Counted from the stretch's first letter, positions 36,179 through 47,574 are shown. The stretch: DNA of 64,000 bases from Balanoglossus misakiensis (GCA_040954595.2 CM082588.2:2874513-2938512), one strand, 5' to 3'. The notes: generated by a model from the sequence alone, not told the origin. Translations and numbers: made by a program.

Positions 36179-37975
36179 TTACACCCATTCCCCGTTCACA
36201 TGTCCGTCCGACCCGTCGACATTCCGCGGCTTGGACACAAACATGGAGTTCAGTCTATCGTACGGGGAAGACGAGGCGTTCTTCGAGTTGGTCTTCGGCC
36301 TTACTCGGGTTCGGTGTTTGGTTTTCATCGGCACGGCTTCTTCTAGTTCTCCCGCCGCCGCTGCAGACTTCGCGTTGGTTGCCCGCCTTTTTCGGGTTTT
36401 ACAGAGAAACACGACGATGGCACAGAGGACGACAAGGAACATGAATGCGGCGACGGCCGATGCGGAAGTGATGTAGAGCAAACCCAAGTCCGTCGAGTGT
36501 CTCGTAGTTATGGCAACAGTTACGCTCGTTCGGCCATCCCTCGGACGGGATGTGTGCGGCGGCGCTGGAGGTGCGGAGATATCGACGATTTCACCTGGTT
36601 TCTCCACGGAAGTTGTCGTTGGATTTTGGCCTCTGCGTCGAGTGGCCGGACGTGGTGGCGAAGTTGCCGGCGGATTGTCCGCCGTCGAAAGGTGGCCTTG
36701 TGTCGTGTGCATACCTGTCTGCTTAGTTGCACGCGTTGAGGTGGGAAGGGAGATTGTTGTCGTTGCAGTGGAGGGGATGTCCTGGCGGTCATCACTTCCC
36801 GTGGGAAGTTCTGCCTGCATTGTCTGCAGTCTTGATGAACTTTGTACAGTTCCGGTAGACAGGAACATGTCTGTACTGCTATCATCACTTAGTGACGTCA
36901 CAGAGGTCGGGGATATTTCTGTCGTTGCGGAGATATTAACAATAACGCGACCGTAATTACGCGAATTTATAAGCGAAAACCCATAATCGACAGAACACGT
37001 AACGTTATATTCGCCTGTGTTACTCAGACCGTCCAACACAATGGTCCTGTTTCTGTCTTGGAAATGCACCACAATATCCCGACCACCTTGAACTGTCCAC
37101 AAATATTTGGCATTGTTTGGGGCAGCCGCCGCCACATCGCATGTGAATGAGGCATTGCGCATACCAGAGGTGTTAATAATGTACCCACTCTCAGGATACA
37201 CGTGTATTCTTGGTTGTTTGTAAACTTTAAACGGCCCGACCCGACAGTGTCTGTGTGTGCCACGATCCGGAACGGACAGGCGACACCGGAACTCGGTGCC
37301 TGTGTCGTCTTCAGTGGCCTGGAAACTAAAATTTGCGTAGACTCGATCGTGATCCTCGGCCAAAGTCACTCCGGCGACTGGTTGGCCGGAGCGGTGCCAG
37401 TGCAGCGCGACCTGCGGCGTCCCGGGATCTGATCGGCACGATAGAGCCATCACGTTGCCCTCGAATGTTTCATAGCTGTGGCTCACCTGGCCTTCGGTGA
37501 AGCAAATCGGAAACTCGTCGCGCGGGACCACCCGAATCGCCACTTCTGCAGGTAGAGATTCAACCATAACACTACCATTAGAGTTCGTTACAGCGCAGAC
37601 GTAATCCCCGGAATCGAAATCAGCCGTGTGGTAGTTCACGCCGGTAATAAATAAACGAAAAACCTCTGTGCCGTTCTCTTCTTTGCTATCGACGCTGTAT
37701 CTGTCTGGGTCGACCAGTCCGAAAGTTCCATCACCCGTTATCAGATCAGTTCCCGAACTGATGAACACTCCATCCTTGATCCACGATGCTCTTTGGTTTT
37801 CAGCCAGTGGTTCAGACAGCCGACATTTCAGAGACACCGAAGAGTTCGACACAGACCCATATTTCGCCTCCAGTTCAACGTCACTCGGTTCCTCAATGAA
37901 AGACAGAGCGGCATCTAATCGCGCACAATTCAAAACAAGGAGAACCACAATAAGTATCACACCGCGCCCGTCCAT
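36179..37975 (-). CDS. IgSF receptor 1: signal peptide, 3 Ig domains, long Thr/Ser/Pro mucin-like stalk, TM, ~70-aa tail with one ITIM-type motif (598 aa, single-exon CDS)
   Basis: Likely ATG at 37975 (MDGRGVILIVVLLVLNCARLDA). V-type domain C..W(IKDG)..DSGDYVC, second domain LSCRSDPGTP..FRC, third domain FTC..YLW..GEYNVTC. TM LGLLYITSASAVAAFMFLVVLCAIVVFLC followed by a basic stop-transfer. Tail contains SPYDRL and ends GEWV. Confidence 0.9.
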   Translation of the reverse strand: MDGRGVILIVVLLVLNCARLDAALSFIEEPSDVELEAKYGSVSNSSVSLKCRLSEPLAENQRASWIKDGVFISSGTDLITGDGTFGLVDPDRYSVDSKEENGTEVFRLFITGVNYHTADFDSGDYVCAVTNSNGSVMVESLPAEVAIRVVPRDEFPICFTEGQVSHSYETFEGNVMALSCRSDPGTPQVALHWHRSGQPVAGVTLAEDHDRVYANFSFQATEDDTGTEFRCRLSVPDRGTHRHCRVGPFKVYKQPRIHVYPESGYIINTSGMRNASFTCDVAAAAPNNAKYLWTVQGGRDIVVHFQDRNRTIVLDGLSNTGEYNVTCSVDYGFSLINSRNYGRVIVNISATTEISPTSVTSLSDDSSTDMFLSTGTVQSSSRLQTMQAELPTGSDDRQDIPSTATTTISLPTSTRATKQTGMHTTQGHLSTADNPPATSPPRPATRRRGQNPTTTSVEKPGEIVDISAPPAPPHTSRPRDGRTSVTVAITTRHSTDLGLLYITSASAVAAFMFLVVLCAIVVFLCKTRKRRATNAKSAAAAGELEEAVPMKTKHRTRVRPKTNSKNASSSPYDRLNSMFVSKPRNVDGSDGHVNGEWV

Positions 37976-38624
37976 GTTAAAAATGTCGACTGAACTCAAC
38001 TTCCACGTGCACACAAATAACAAGTTAGAGTGAGTAAGCGAGAATAAATACTCCTCGAAGTCAGAGCTCTCCAGCCATCCGGGTCCCCGACAATGTATTC
38101 TGTAATTGGATAACAGAGTTTGTTCTTCCCGCTCACAGTAGGTACACTCAGACCACAATCGCCACCCACTTCAAATACCTGCACATGCGGATATGTTACA
38201 GACGGGGCTGACGCCCTCTCTGACGGGTCAAAGTTCCAAACACCGTCCATATACATTTAGTATTGTCCTAGGCCTGTATATTATTAGACGTATTGTCTGA
38301 CGGTCATAAGTGCACAAGGTTATTACTCATTTTACGACAATAGTATAAATAATTGAAGTTCCTAAACTATAAGTTTACATGTATTATTTGTTTGTATTAC
38401 AATATGGCAGTTTAAGGGACTCTAGCTCTAGTACATTTTTTGAAGTTATTTTGCTCCATATTTTAACAACAGTCTCTAAGTTCTATACTGTCTATAGCAT
38501 TCTGAGATATCAAGTATCCCGTTGTTCACAGGCTATTAACTATATCCTGCATATGTGCATGCATGTTTTCTTTAAAAATGACGTCCAGCCGGACAATTTT
38601 GGGTCTTCCCTTTGGTTGTATATA

Positions 38625-40349
38625 TTATAAGGTTGTAATGCGCTCGACACGAAGTTCTGGGGTTTCAGTCAAAATATCGTTTCTTTCGTCTGATTCCCAA
38701 ACATTTCCGTCCTTCGGATAATCTGAACTTTGACTGCCGTCGCCGTTTGTATCATTGCTGTTTCGTGGCAATGACGAGATTTCGTCAGAAACCCTGCCAT
38801 CGCGCGGGGAGGCTTTGATGTCAGAAGATTGGACCAGTTTTACCGTTCGCGGGAATGACGGCTTTCGGCTTATTGCCGACATGTCCACGCTTTCAAATCG
38901 CTTATTGTACACGATAGTCTGCCCGACACTGTACTTTTCTAACTGCGACCCGATTCTGTACTGTCTCTTGTGGCGATAAACCTTTGCGTAGACTGTCACA
39001 ATGGCGAAAATGAGCAGAAGTCCGCCAACAACGGCGACTATAATGCAGATGACGAGAACTGTGTGAAATGTAGTGTTCGGTTCATCTGTGAAGGGGGCAT
39101 GAGAAGCAGTGGACATAGAGTTGTGATCTTGACCCGTCGTGGAATATCCAGTGACGTCAGGCCGCCAGTCTGTGGTGTTGTACGTGAACGAGATCTCTCT
39201 TTTGGCCAATCGACTTTTCGGTATCGGCATCGTGGTTTCCGGTTCCGGTTGTACGGCTGCTGCTACTGGCGCGTGCGGTATATTTACAGTCAAGGTGCTA
39301 CTTGCGTTCCGTGCACTGAAGCCGTAGTCAACCGTACATGATATAGTGTAGAGGCCGTTGTCTTTACTGCGCAGGTCATCCACTTCGATTGACCTGTTAC
39401 CATCCTGTAACTTAAAACGAATTCCCCCTGTCGACTGTCCCTGACGCTTGCTGATAAGCCAGATGTAGTTCTTAACGCCAGGAAGTATGCTTGTGTTGCA
39501 CGTCAAGTGGACTGAATCAGCGCCTGAGTTTACAACATACTGTCCGGGCTGAATTGAAACTTTTGGTTCTTCGAAGACAGCGACGGTCGTGAGGCACTCT
39601 CTGTCGCCAAAACTTTCGTGGTGCACTTTACAGATGAACTGTGAATTATTTCGAGGATGCAACGTATAGTTCAACATTAGCTGGGTTTGAGAAAGCCCTG
39701 CAGATGAGTTGACGAGTGGATTCGGATCATTATTACTGTACCAGGCCGCGGTTACTGGTGGAAACCCACACTCAGTCACACAGCTAAGTTGTAGGGAGTC
39801 TCCCGCGAATAAAAGTACCTCGTGGCTCGGTTGTCCGTTTGCTAAACACAAGGGGTGAGCGAAAAGTTCGACTTTCGCTGTGTTCGACCGAATGATGATG
39901 ACGTCACTTTTCACGCCCAGCACGGCGCAGTAGTAGTCACCGTTGTAGAGATCGGACACGGTCTGGAGTGACCGTGGATCGGAGACCCTCAACAGCGAGA
40001 AGTGCACATTGTACGTGCCGAATTCCCCGGCAGTCTCGATGTTGTACACGTAGTCACCTGGAAAGTCGACATCCCCGTCGACTTGAAGTATTTCCTCGTT
40101 ATCGCTGATGCGAACGCCGTCTTTGAACCACGACACTTTCTGCTCGGGTACCTGCAGGTCCGCCACTCCACAACGGAGCCGCACACGGCGCCAGTTCAGC
40201 GATTCTCCGTAGTTCAACGCACCGGTGACCGGTTTCGGCACTTCGGTGAAGCGTGGCTCTCGGCTTTCCGAGCTCGCGATGGCTATTATCACAGCGAGAG
40301 ACAGCAACCGGTACGGAAGGTAGCACGACATGGCTTTGGCAACGATCAT
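38625..40349 (-). CDS. IgSF receptor 2: signal peptide, 3 Ig domains, stalk, TM, ~120-aa tail ending in a class I PDZ-type motif (574 aa; alternative ATG 40331; single-exon CDS)
   Basis: LRCGV..VSWFKDG..NGDYYCAV, LSCVTECGFPPV..FICKVHH, LTC..YIW..DNGLYTISC. TM VLVICIIVAVVGGLLLIFAIVTVYA. C-terminus ERITTL. Confidence 0.9.
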   Translation of the reverse strand: MIVAKAMSCYLPYRLLSLAVIIAIASSESREPRFTEVPKPVTGALNYGESLNWRRVRLRCGVADLQVPEQKVSWFKDGVRISDNEEILQVDGDVDFPGDYVYNIETAGEFGTYNVHFSLLRVSDPRSLQTVSDLYNGDYYCAVLGVKSDVIIIRSNTAKVELFAHPLCLANGQPSHEVLLFAGDSLQLSCVTECGFPPVTAAWYSNNDPNPLVNSSAGLSQTQLMLNYTLHPRNNSQFICKVHHESFGDRECLTTVAVFEEPKVSIQPGQYVVNSGADSVHLTCNTSILPGVKNYIWLISKRQGQSTGGIRFKLQDGNRSIEVDDLRSKDNGLYTISCTVDYGFSARNASSTLTVNIPHAPVAAAVQPEPETTMPIPKSRLAKREISFTYNTTDWRPDVTGYSTTGQDHNSMSTASHAPFTDEPNTTFHTVLVICIIVAVVGGLLLIFAIVTVYAKVYRHKRQYRIGSQLEKYSVGQTIVYNKRFESVDMSAISRKPSFPRTVKLVQSSDIKASPRDGRVSDEISSLPRNSNDTNGDGSQSSDYPKDGNVWESDERNDILTETPELRVERITTL

Positions 40350-41369
40350 CAGTTGACTGGACGCGTATAAACCGACTACAACATTGACAGCAGGGAAAAG
40401 AGTTTAGAGATATGATCATATGAAACTGGTCACAGACTTCCTTCATCCGAAAGTAAAGGCAGGATATCGGAAGTTGTGACCCGAGTAAGCGCTTTCATCT
40501 GAAAATGCATCATTGTTATTTATTAAATAGACATGAGCCTAACATTGCCATTTTCTTTTCCGCATTATATTTTGTTATTGTTGATAAGTGAAACTCAGAT
40601 GCTGCCGGCCATCAATGCCAATGCGATATCCACACCGACTGGCATCCCGCTATTACGCTAGTGAAACCATGAGCAACGGGGCGACTTTCACCAATGAAGC
40701 AAGTCACGCTGGCGGCGTTTTGGAAATGGTGAATGTTACTCATTTCCTGTTTAACCTTGCAATACTAGTAGCACATGTACCCCTTGATCGAGGATTGCTT
40801 ATAGCTAAAGGCCTTTTTTAGAAATGTCAAGGGCATTGGATAAAAACGTGATGAAAATTGTTATTTCTATTACACTGAGCTACGGGAGCTATTCCGTACA
40901 CCTATGAAACGACATCTTCTAACAACCATGCACCTGTACAACCGATCTTTGGACTATTGAAATGACAAGCTGTAACAGTTAGTGGTAGCAAAGTGAACTA
41001 GGAATTTCGAAAACATTATTATTAACAATTTTCGCCCTGGGAGCTGCGTCATCCTACATGATTCATTTTTACCGACCCCGTGACGTCATGCAGTGTCTAA
41101 AGCTGCAGCCAAACAAACGCGGTGTATGAAAAGAATCGATGCCCTAACAACAACCCTTGGTGACAGGTCCCAAGTCATAAATTTACAAATATGCATTGTT
41201 CAACTTTGATAAAACATACAACAACACTTGAGTTATATCTGAACAAGTCACTGTGGTCCAGTTGATGTAACTTTGCTCGCTTCTCCCAAACACACTTGTT
41301 AGCTGCAAGGCCGCAGTCTCACTGTCTGTTCTCTCGAACGACCGTTTTGAGAAGCTCAAGTTGGTCGCC

Positions 41370-42410
41370 ATGGCGCTAAGAAGGAGAAAGATGACGATGA
41401 TATTGTCTTGTCTACTTTCGATTGCTTTTGGCGTGTTTTTCTCCGAGGCAAACTTGGTGACCGGGGCTCAGTGTCCGCTTCCCACCAACAGCAGTGGTGA
41501 ACCGTGCGAGTTGCATCTGGGTCCTGACCACCGTCTGGTCACCGATGGAGTTGACACCGTCCACTTCGAGTGTCACGAAGTCGACAGCGGATCCTGTCCT
41601 CCGGAGGCGTATTCTTGGACTGTGAATGACGAAGTCATCGGAGACGAGCACGCCTCGATTGAAATCATCTACGACACCAAGAAAGGGAAAAGCCTTCTTT
41701 ATATTTCCGATCTGTCGCATCAATGGAACGGGGCGCACACGATCACCTGCACGGCGAACTTCACCGACGGTAGCGAGACGAGCAGATATGCTTGTCTGGA
41801 GGTTAATATGACCAGTCCGTCGTCATCCACCGTCGCAGTGCCGACGACTGGCGGGATTCTCGCTTCAACAGAAGAACGACCAGTCATCACCGGCACTGAT
41901 GCACCGACCAGCAAACGACGTACAAGCGTGACCGTGGCAAGCAGACCATCGGAAACACACGGCTTGACCGATGTCAGTGCCAAGCGCACGGTTTCGACTT
42001 ACACAGGACAGACGATACCCGCATCTCCAACACACCACCCAACCCAGATTTCGTGGACAGAGGCCTACGAAAGCACCGCGTTATCAACAACGTGGGTAGT
42101 TATCGTTTCCATCGCATCGGCTGCCTTCATCATCATTATCCTCATCGCCCTGTGCAAAGTCGCATCGCGTCGCTCGAACTCGGGAACTCACGTCTTTGAA
42201 AACGAAACGTACAGCGCAGAATTCTCGCCATACAAAGACACCTCTCACGTCATCAAATTCGACAACCAGTACATCTCGGAATTTTCGACGTACGAGGACA
42301 CCGCATACGTTGTCAAGAACGAAACAAATTCCCCCGGCAACCCGCGAAGTGAGCGCCCGCCGGAAGCTGTCGGAATGAACGGTTCTTGCAATAGCTCGGT
42401 TCCGACTTAG
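41370..42410 (+). CDS. IgSF receptor 3: signal peptide, one Ig domain with extra Cys, Thr/Ser stalk, TM, Tyr-repeat tail (346 aa, single-exon CDS)
   Basis: First ATG is at 41370 (the ORF track begins at TTG). FEC..YSWTVND..NGAHTITC. TM WVVIVSIASAAFIIIILIALC. Tail has a duplicated Y-x-x-EFS-x-Y-x-DT unit. AATAAA at 42865. Confidence 0.85.
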   Translation: MALRRRKMTMILSCLLSIAFGVFFSEANLVTGAQCPLPTNSSGEPCELHLGPDHRLVTDGVDTVHFECHEVDSGSCPPEAYSWTVNDEVIGDEHASIEIIYDTKKGKSLLYISDLSHQWNGAHTITCTANFTDGSETSRYACLEVNMTSPSSSTVAVPTTGGILASTEERPVITGTDAPTSKRRTSVTVASRPSETHGLTDVSAKRTVSTYTGQTIPASPTHHPTQISWTEAYESTALSTTWVVIVSIASAAFIIIILIALCKVASRRSNSGTHVFENETYSAEFSPYKDTSHVIKFDNQYISEFSTYEDTAYVVKNETNSPGNPRSERPPEAVGMNGSCNSSVPT

Positions 42411-44134
42411 GCTTCTCTAACGACCGAAATATTTGGAGGTCTGGAATGTGACATATCAGTTATCGTAATATCATTATGACAAAAATATGGCGGACATGTG
42501 TTCACCCTACGAAAAGTCCAAAGCACTATTTTACTCGCAAAGCGACAGGTACTTGACAACATTCCTCCACTAACATAATCCCTTGATAAAAAAAGACTAA
42601 AATGCATTCTGCGCACTATGTAGTCAACAGGTTTGGAAACCGCTTTGACTTTGGACTGTTTTCATCTATTCATGATGGAAGTGAATTTTATTTTTTATAT
42701 ACAATCTCCTATTTACTCAGCCGTCTTCGAATCACTGGAGACAACCATTTTATCAGGTTACCTCGGAACTTATTATTGTATCATCAATCTTCAGCCTCTT
42801 GTATTTTTATTGGACTATAGTCACCTGTTATTATTCTGACATATATTAGACATTGCTAAGGTATAATAAATAACCAGAGATATAAGCTAAGTGCAACGAT
42901 ATATTACATTGTGTGCGTAGACTTTGCTCGCCAATCACATTGTGAAAATGTCCTCCCGTGATTTCTCCTCCTGCCCTCTAATCGACTTTTGTGACGTCAT
43001 GACATCTTTCTACCGAAATCTCACCTATAGTCACATTCCCTCTATCTCAGGGACTGTACCCTATCTAGTCTAGCACTGTCTACAGTGCACAACAAAATAC
43101 TGTAGCACATAAAGCATATCTGATACGGGATGGATATTACGAAGGCCTGCCAGTGCATGAATTTCAACCAGCAATCAGCGTTAGTGGAAAGCCGTGAGTG
43201 GACCAAAGGTTTCGGAAAGAACTCCAGCAATTCGTGGAATTGAAAGATACATGCAATCCATCGAAGTAGGAAATGAAAGTTTACCTCGGGTTTCTAGTAT
43301 TTTGTCTGTAATGTAAATGTTAGAGGGCTTCGGCACCCACCCACGTCATGCAGCTAATGTTTTCGGTTTCCTTCATTTGTACGTGATTCTGGCCAAGTTT
43401 CGGCGAGTCACATCTGGAGGTAGCAAAACGACTAAAAGCTTTCAGAAAATCGACTTGTACTTTTCAGAATTCGAACCCAGGTCTGCTTCCGAAAAGTACG
43501 CGACTACCCATATTGAGACGTTGTGCGTGGACACATAAACGTGATACTGCAAATTATTGAACAAATTGTGAGGGCGCTTTTCCCATGGTCATCTCTACTT
43601 TACATACGGCCACACATGGCTAAAGTACCATTTCTTAGTGTTCTAAAGAGCGTGTTGCGGCGCTCCTTTATGTGTGTGACACCCACATTGGCTATACAAT
43701 ATATTTATATTGTCCTTGTAAACAATAGTTAAATTTGCATAGGTGACCGTATACCTTTAATTTGATCATTTGAGGGTCATTGTATAGTCTGCCACTTAGG
43801 TAAATCCTGAAACCACATATTTTGGCAATACTTGGTGAGTTTCACTACCATGATACAACTTGGTGACTTCACTTGACCTGAACATGACAGCAGTTTGATT
43901 TCCGTTAAACGACGTTTGAATCAAAGGTTACTTTGCCAACGGTCTGTCGTGAGCACAGCGTGTCATTCATGTCGCTCTGAGTTATGGGTTCATTTGTCTT
44001 AGTTTTTGATGTATGGATTTCGCAAAAGCTTATAAACGTCACTAAATTGGCATTGCAAACATATACAAGGAAGCTTGTGATCTCGAAGCGTCACTGCATA
44101 TTTGGTCTTCACTGAGTCTCCAGTCGGTCCTGTC

Positions 44135-45262
44135 ATGAAGCTGGTGGTGATTGCATCTTGGTGCCTGTGGTGCTACACTTACGGCCAGCAGCTCCCCGGA
44201 GGAAACAGTCAATGCACAGGGGAGGACAACCGTCTGATACAAGACGGCGCACTTTCAGGGGAATGCGACAGTGTCCTGGGATTCAGATGTGGGATTCAGA
44301 TGCACCCTTGCCCATCTGACGGTGTTACTGTCAATACGACGGAATCTGTTGCTGAATTTCGCTGTTACTATGACAAAGACTTGTGTCCTGAAAGTGTCGT
44401 ATGGTATATAAACGGCAAAATTGGTAATAACGATAACAACGTGGACGAACTTGAATTACATGTAACGAGTTTAGGGAAGGGCAGTCAACTATGCATTTCT
44501 GGATTTACTCGTACTAAACACAGCGGCAATCATTCGGTGACATGTTCCTTGATTGTTGGCGGGGAAAATTATAATGAAACTACATTTCTGTGGGTCAATA
44601 TACCATCTATATCCACTCAATCTTACACATTTCCGACAACCACGCTTGAAGACGAGCAAAAGACCACTGCTGTGACCGAAGGGACCCAGTCTAACATTGT
44701 CGTCATTGTTGCCATTTCTGCAACTCTCGGAGCGGCTGTGATCATCGCCACAATTATTGCAGCGCTGTGTTACTGTAAGTGCCGCCGGAAGGCAAAGAAA
44801 TCGAGAGAACAGCGACAGACGCGGAGAGAAGTGACGGCCAACGAGTACGCCGACTCTTCTTTCATGATGCGAGTCACCGCAGAATCCGCGTCGCCGATGA
44901 CGTCATCGGAAATACCGCGGTATGAGGAACTAGCCGAGATGCAGTCCCCTCGACGGGGTGACATGATCAATGGAGCGACCAATCACATGTCACATGACGT
45001 CACACCGAACACAGAATTCCAAGGCTATGCCGACATCGAACAGATAAACCATGTATACACAAAACCAAACAAGAAAGGCGCAGGGCAGAAACTGGAAGCA
45101 GAGGAGAAAGACGCCACTCCGGACCTCGACCAACTGTACTCCAAGCCGAACAAGAACAAACAACACCAGAATCGGGAAGTGGCTTCCAAGACACCCGGTG
45201 ACGATATTGAGCACCTGTACGCCAAACCCGATAAGAAAAACAAACAGCATCACAAAGACTGA
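44135..45262 (+). CDS. IgSF receptor 4: signal peptide, Cys-rich leader, one Ig domain, short stalk, TM, tail with six Tyr motifs including three Y-[TSA]-K-P repeats (375 aa, single-exon CDS)
   Basis: ATG at 44135 (MKLVVIASWCLWCYTYG). FRC..VVWYING..SGNHSVTC. TM IVVIVAISATLGAAVIIATIIAALC followed by YCKCRRK. Tail motifs NEYADS, PRYEEL, QGYADI, HVYTKPNKK, QLYSKPNKNK, HLYAKPDKKNK. AATAAA at 45770. Confidence 0.87.
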   Translation: MKLVVIASWCLWCYTYGQQLPGGNSQCTGEDNRLIQDGALSGECDSVLGFRCGIQMHPCPSDGVTVNTTESVAEFRCYYDKDLCPESVVWYINGKIGNNDNNVDELELHVTSLGKGSQLCISGFTRTKHSGNHSVTCSLIVGGENYNETTFLWVNIPSISTQSYTFPTTTLEDEQKTTAVTEGTQSNIVVIVAISATLGAAVIIATIIAALCYCKCRRKAKKSREQRQTRREVTANEYADSSFMMRVTAESASPMTSSEIPRYEELAEMQSPRRGDMINGATNHMSHDVTPNTEFQGYADIEQINHVYTKPNKKGAGQKLEAEEKDATPDLDQLYSKPNKNKQHQNREVASKTPGDDIEHLYAKPDKKNKQHHKD

Positions 45263-46089
45263 TGTCACGACTTTTAACTCAAAGATTGATGTTATTGAAT
45301 TGACAATATAGACATGACAGCTATGTCATGACCTTATAATTCATTTGACGGCGTCACAGGTTTATTTTTTATATCATGAAACCACATCCTGACAAATTAT
45401 CAATCGCGCACCTGTAATATAATCACTACAAGGAAATTTCGTCTAAACCCCATGGACACGCCTGAGTTATATTTCACTTTTTCAAAACCACACGTATTAA
45501 TAGTCATATACATGTATGGTTATGACAAACATGCTCTTTCCCAAACAAAACGTCTGTTGGCTTTATACGACCATCTCTTTATATCACGTACCGATATGAC
45601 AATCAGTGAGTGGAATTAGTGACAATTATGCTCGGACACTTTCAGTATATACATGTATTGTAGTTCAACAATGATTGGCATTATACACGGAAACGGAAGA
45701 TAGAATATACACCAAGTCAGTATACATTAAATGTTCTGTGATATGACTTGTAGGCCTTTGTGAGAAAACAATAAATGACATGATGCAGGTTTGCTATTAT
45801 TATGCATTGTACTCTTTTCATTGATTGGGGTATTTCTTGGAACATGGCTTAACTGTATTCACTGGTTACTGAAGCAGTGTGCCCTTAACTGTGCGTAAAG
45901 TATAATTCATTAGCATGACAATAGATCAATATTATGACTGTCTATATTTAGCATCGATTTTACCATATTGTGATGACGGTTGAAATGACCCGGATTAAGG
46001 AAGTACTGCAGCTATGTTATGGGATGATGAGCACGTATTCTGCAGATGTCAAATCTTATAAAACCATCGCAGCCAACCAAACCAACAAG

Positions 46090-47574
46090 ATGCAGTTATA
46101 TGTCAGTAATCTCTGGTTCTTGCAGGCGTTCTTTTATTTAGCACCGCAGTATCGGCATGGATATGGTTCCACAACACAGGCACCAACACCCAGTTTTGAG
46201 AATACACCAAGCAGCAAAACTGAAATATTCGTATACGGGGACACGAGGGCAATAGACATTCAACTGAACTGTAAGGTAACAAATCTACAGTCTGATCAGA
46301 AAGTGTCATGGCTGAAAAGATTCGCCGATACAATCATCAGCGATGATCGTATTCTTCGTACAGAGCATGTCGATCATTTGGTGGACTATGATAGATATTC
46401 TATCGTTGGTGATGAGACTGTTGGAGAATACAACTTAGAGATAAGATCGGTGAGTTACCAAACTGCCGAGTTTGACAGTGGACGTTATCACTGCGCTGTC
46501 TTCTATGATGACCCCACTATCCTGGCTGCTGCCATAAGATCAAGATTTGCACAAGTGAATATCTACGTTGTTCCTCGTACCATATACCCACAATGTCTAG
46601 TCAATGGCGTCAATGGGACACTAACAACTAACGTCACTGCAGATGAAGCGGTAACTTTGTTATGTCAATCAGATGCTGGGTATCCTCATGTTACCATGAC
46701 ATGGTCCCGTGGTGACCAAGCTGTCATTTTGGCTGATGGCGAATCAGTTCAGAATGATATCGCATCAGTGCAATATACGTGGATTCCAAATTTAGAAAAC
46801 GACACTACTATTTTCACATGCTCGATTGATCATCAAGCTTTTACCTCATCCGGAGGTGACAGACTGCGCACATGTTCGGTGGGACCTTTCGACGTTCAGC
46901 CACAAACAACCGAAATTTCAACAGTTGCATTGCAAGCGACTAGTGATGCTGATGTCACGGAGAGCACCCATCTGCGACCGACGACCGAGAACTCTACAGG
47001 TACAACGGAGTCTAACGACACTACAGATGTTCGGCAATCAACGGTTTCTCCGGAAGTTCCCGAATCAGTCAACGACACTGTAAGTGCCGCCCCTCTCTCT
47101 CCAAACACCACAGGAGAAGTGGGTGGAGGGGGGACTTTTACCACTGGTCAAAAGAACAGAACAGTTATCATTGCTGCAGCCTGTGCTGTTATTGGCTTGC
47201 TTCTCATACTGATATGCGTAATCGTAATAATATGCATGGCGCGAAAATCAAGGAGAAACAACAGCAACGATGAGACATACGCTCAGAACGTCGGTCCATA
47301 CGGTAATGAAAGTGGTAATCCCGCGATAACTCCCAGTGGTGCGAGAGAAAATAACGGTCAGCCTCGCCCGGACTCCATCGGCACTAACTATCCTCAACGG
47401 GAGGAATCCATGGATTTTGCATCGTTCGGGAAGACAGAGAGGAATCTGCCCACCGGAAGAAACAGGAATGTGGAAGGACTCACTTACGCGGATTTAGACT
47501 TTTCTAAAATGTCCACAAAAGGGCGTAAACCGGTTCGCCGTGAAAGCACCGTGTATGCAGATGTACTGATTTGA
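46090..47574 (+). CDS. IgSF receptor 5: 2 Ig domains, stalk, TM, tail with ITIM + ITSM; inhibitory-receptor-like (~494 aa, single-exon CDS)
   Basis: Probable ATG at 46090 (MQLYVSNLWFLQAFFYLA); in-frame upstream ATGs exist, so the start is uncertain. LNCKV..VSWLK..DSGRYHCAV, LLCQSDAGYP..FTCSIDH. TM VIIAAACAVIGLLLILICVIVIICM. Tail LTYADL and TVYADV. Confidence 0.9.
   Translation: MQLYVSNLWFLQAFFYLAPQYRHGYGSTTQAPTPSFENTPSSKTEIFVYGDTRAIDIQLNCKVTNLQSDQKVSWLKRFADTIISDDRILRTEHVDHLVDYDRYSIVGDETVGEYNLEIRSVSYQTAEFDSGRYHCAVFYDDPTILAAAIRSRFAQVNIYVVPRTIYPQCLVNGVNGTLTTNVTADEAVTLLCQSDAGYPHVTMTWSRGDQAVILADGESVQNDIASVQYTWIPNLENDTTIFTCSIDHQAFTSSGGDRLRTCSVGPFDVQPQTTEISTVALQATSDADVTESTHLRPTTENSTGTTESNDTTDVRQSTVSPEVPESVNDTVSAAPLSPNTTGEVGGGGTFTTGQKNRTVIIAAACAVIGLLLILICVIVIICMARKSRRNNSNDETYAQNVGPYGNESGNPAITPSGARENNGQPRPDSIGTNYPQREESMDFASFGKTERNLPTGRNRNVEGLTYADLDFSKMSTKGRKPVRRESTVYADVLI

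Noticed and set aside
37976-38158. N-terminal extensions in the ORF track for Ig genes 1, 3, 4, 5 and 6
   Set aside because: They begin at GTG or TTG codons, which is a prokaryotic calling rule. The signal peptides start at downstream ATGs.
44840-45035. Canonical ITAM in the gene 4 or gene 3 tails
   Set aside because: No YxxL/I-x6-8-YxxL/I pair is present. YEEL and YADI are too far apart, so activating function is only inferred from other motifs.
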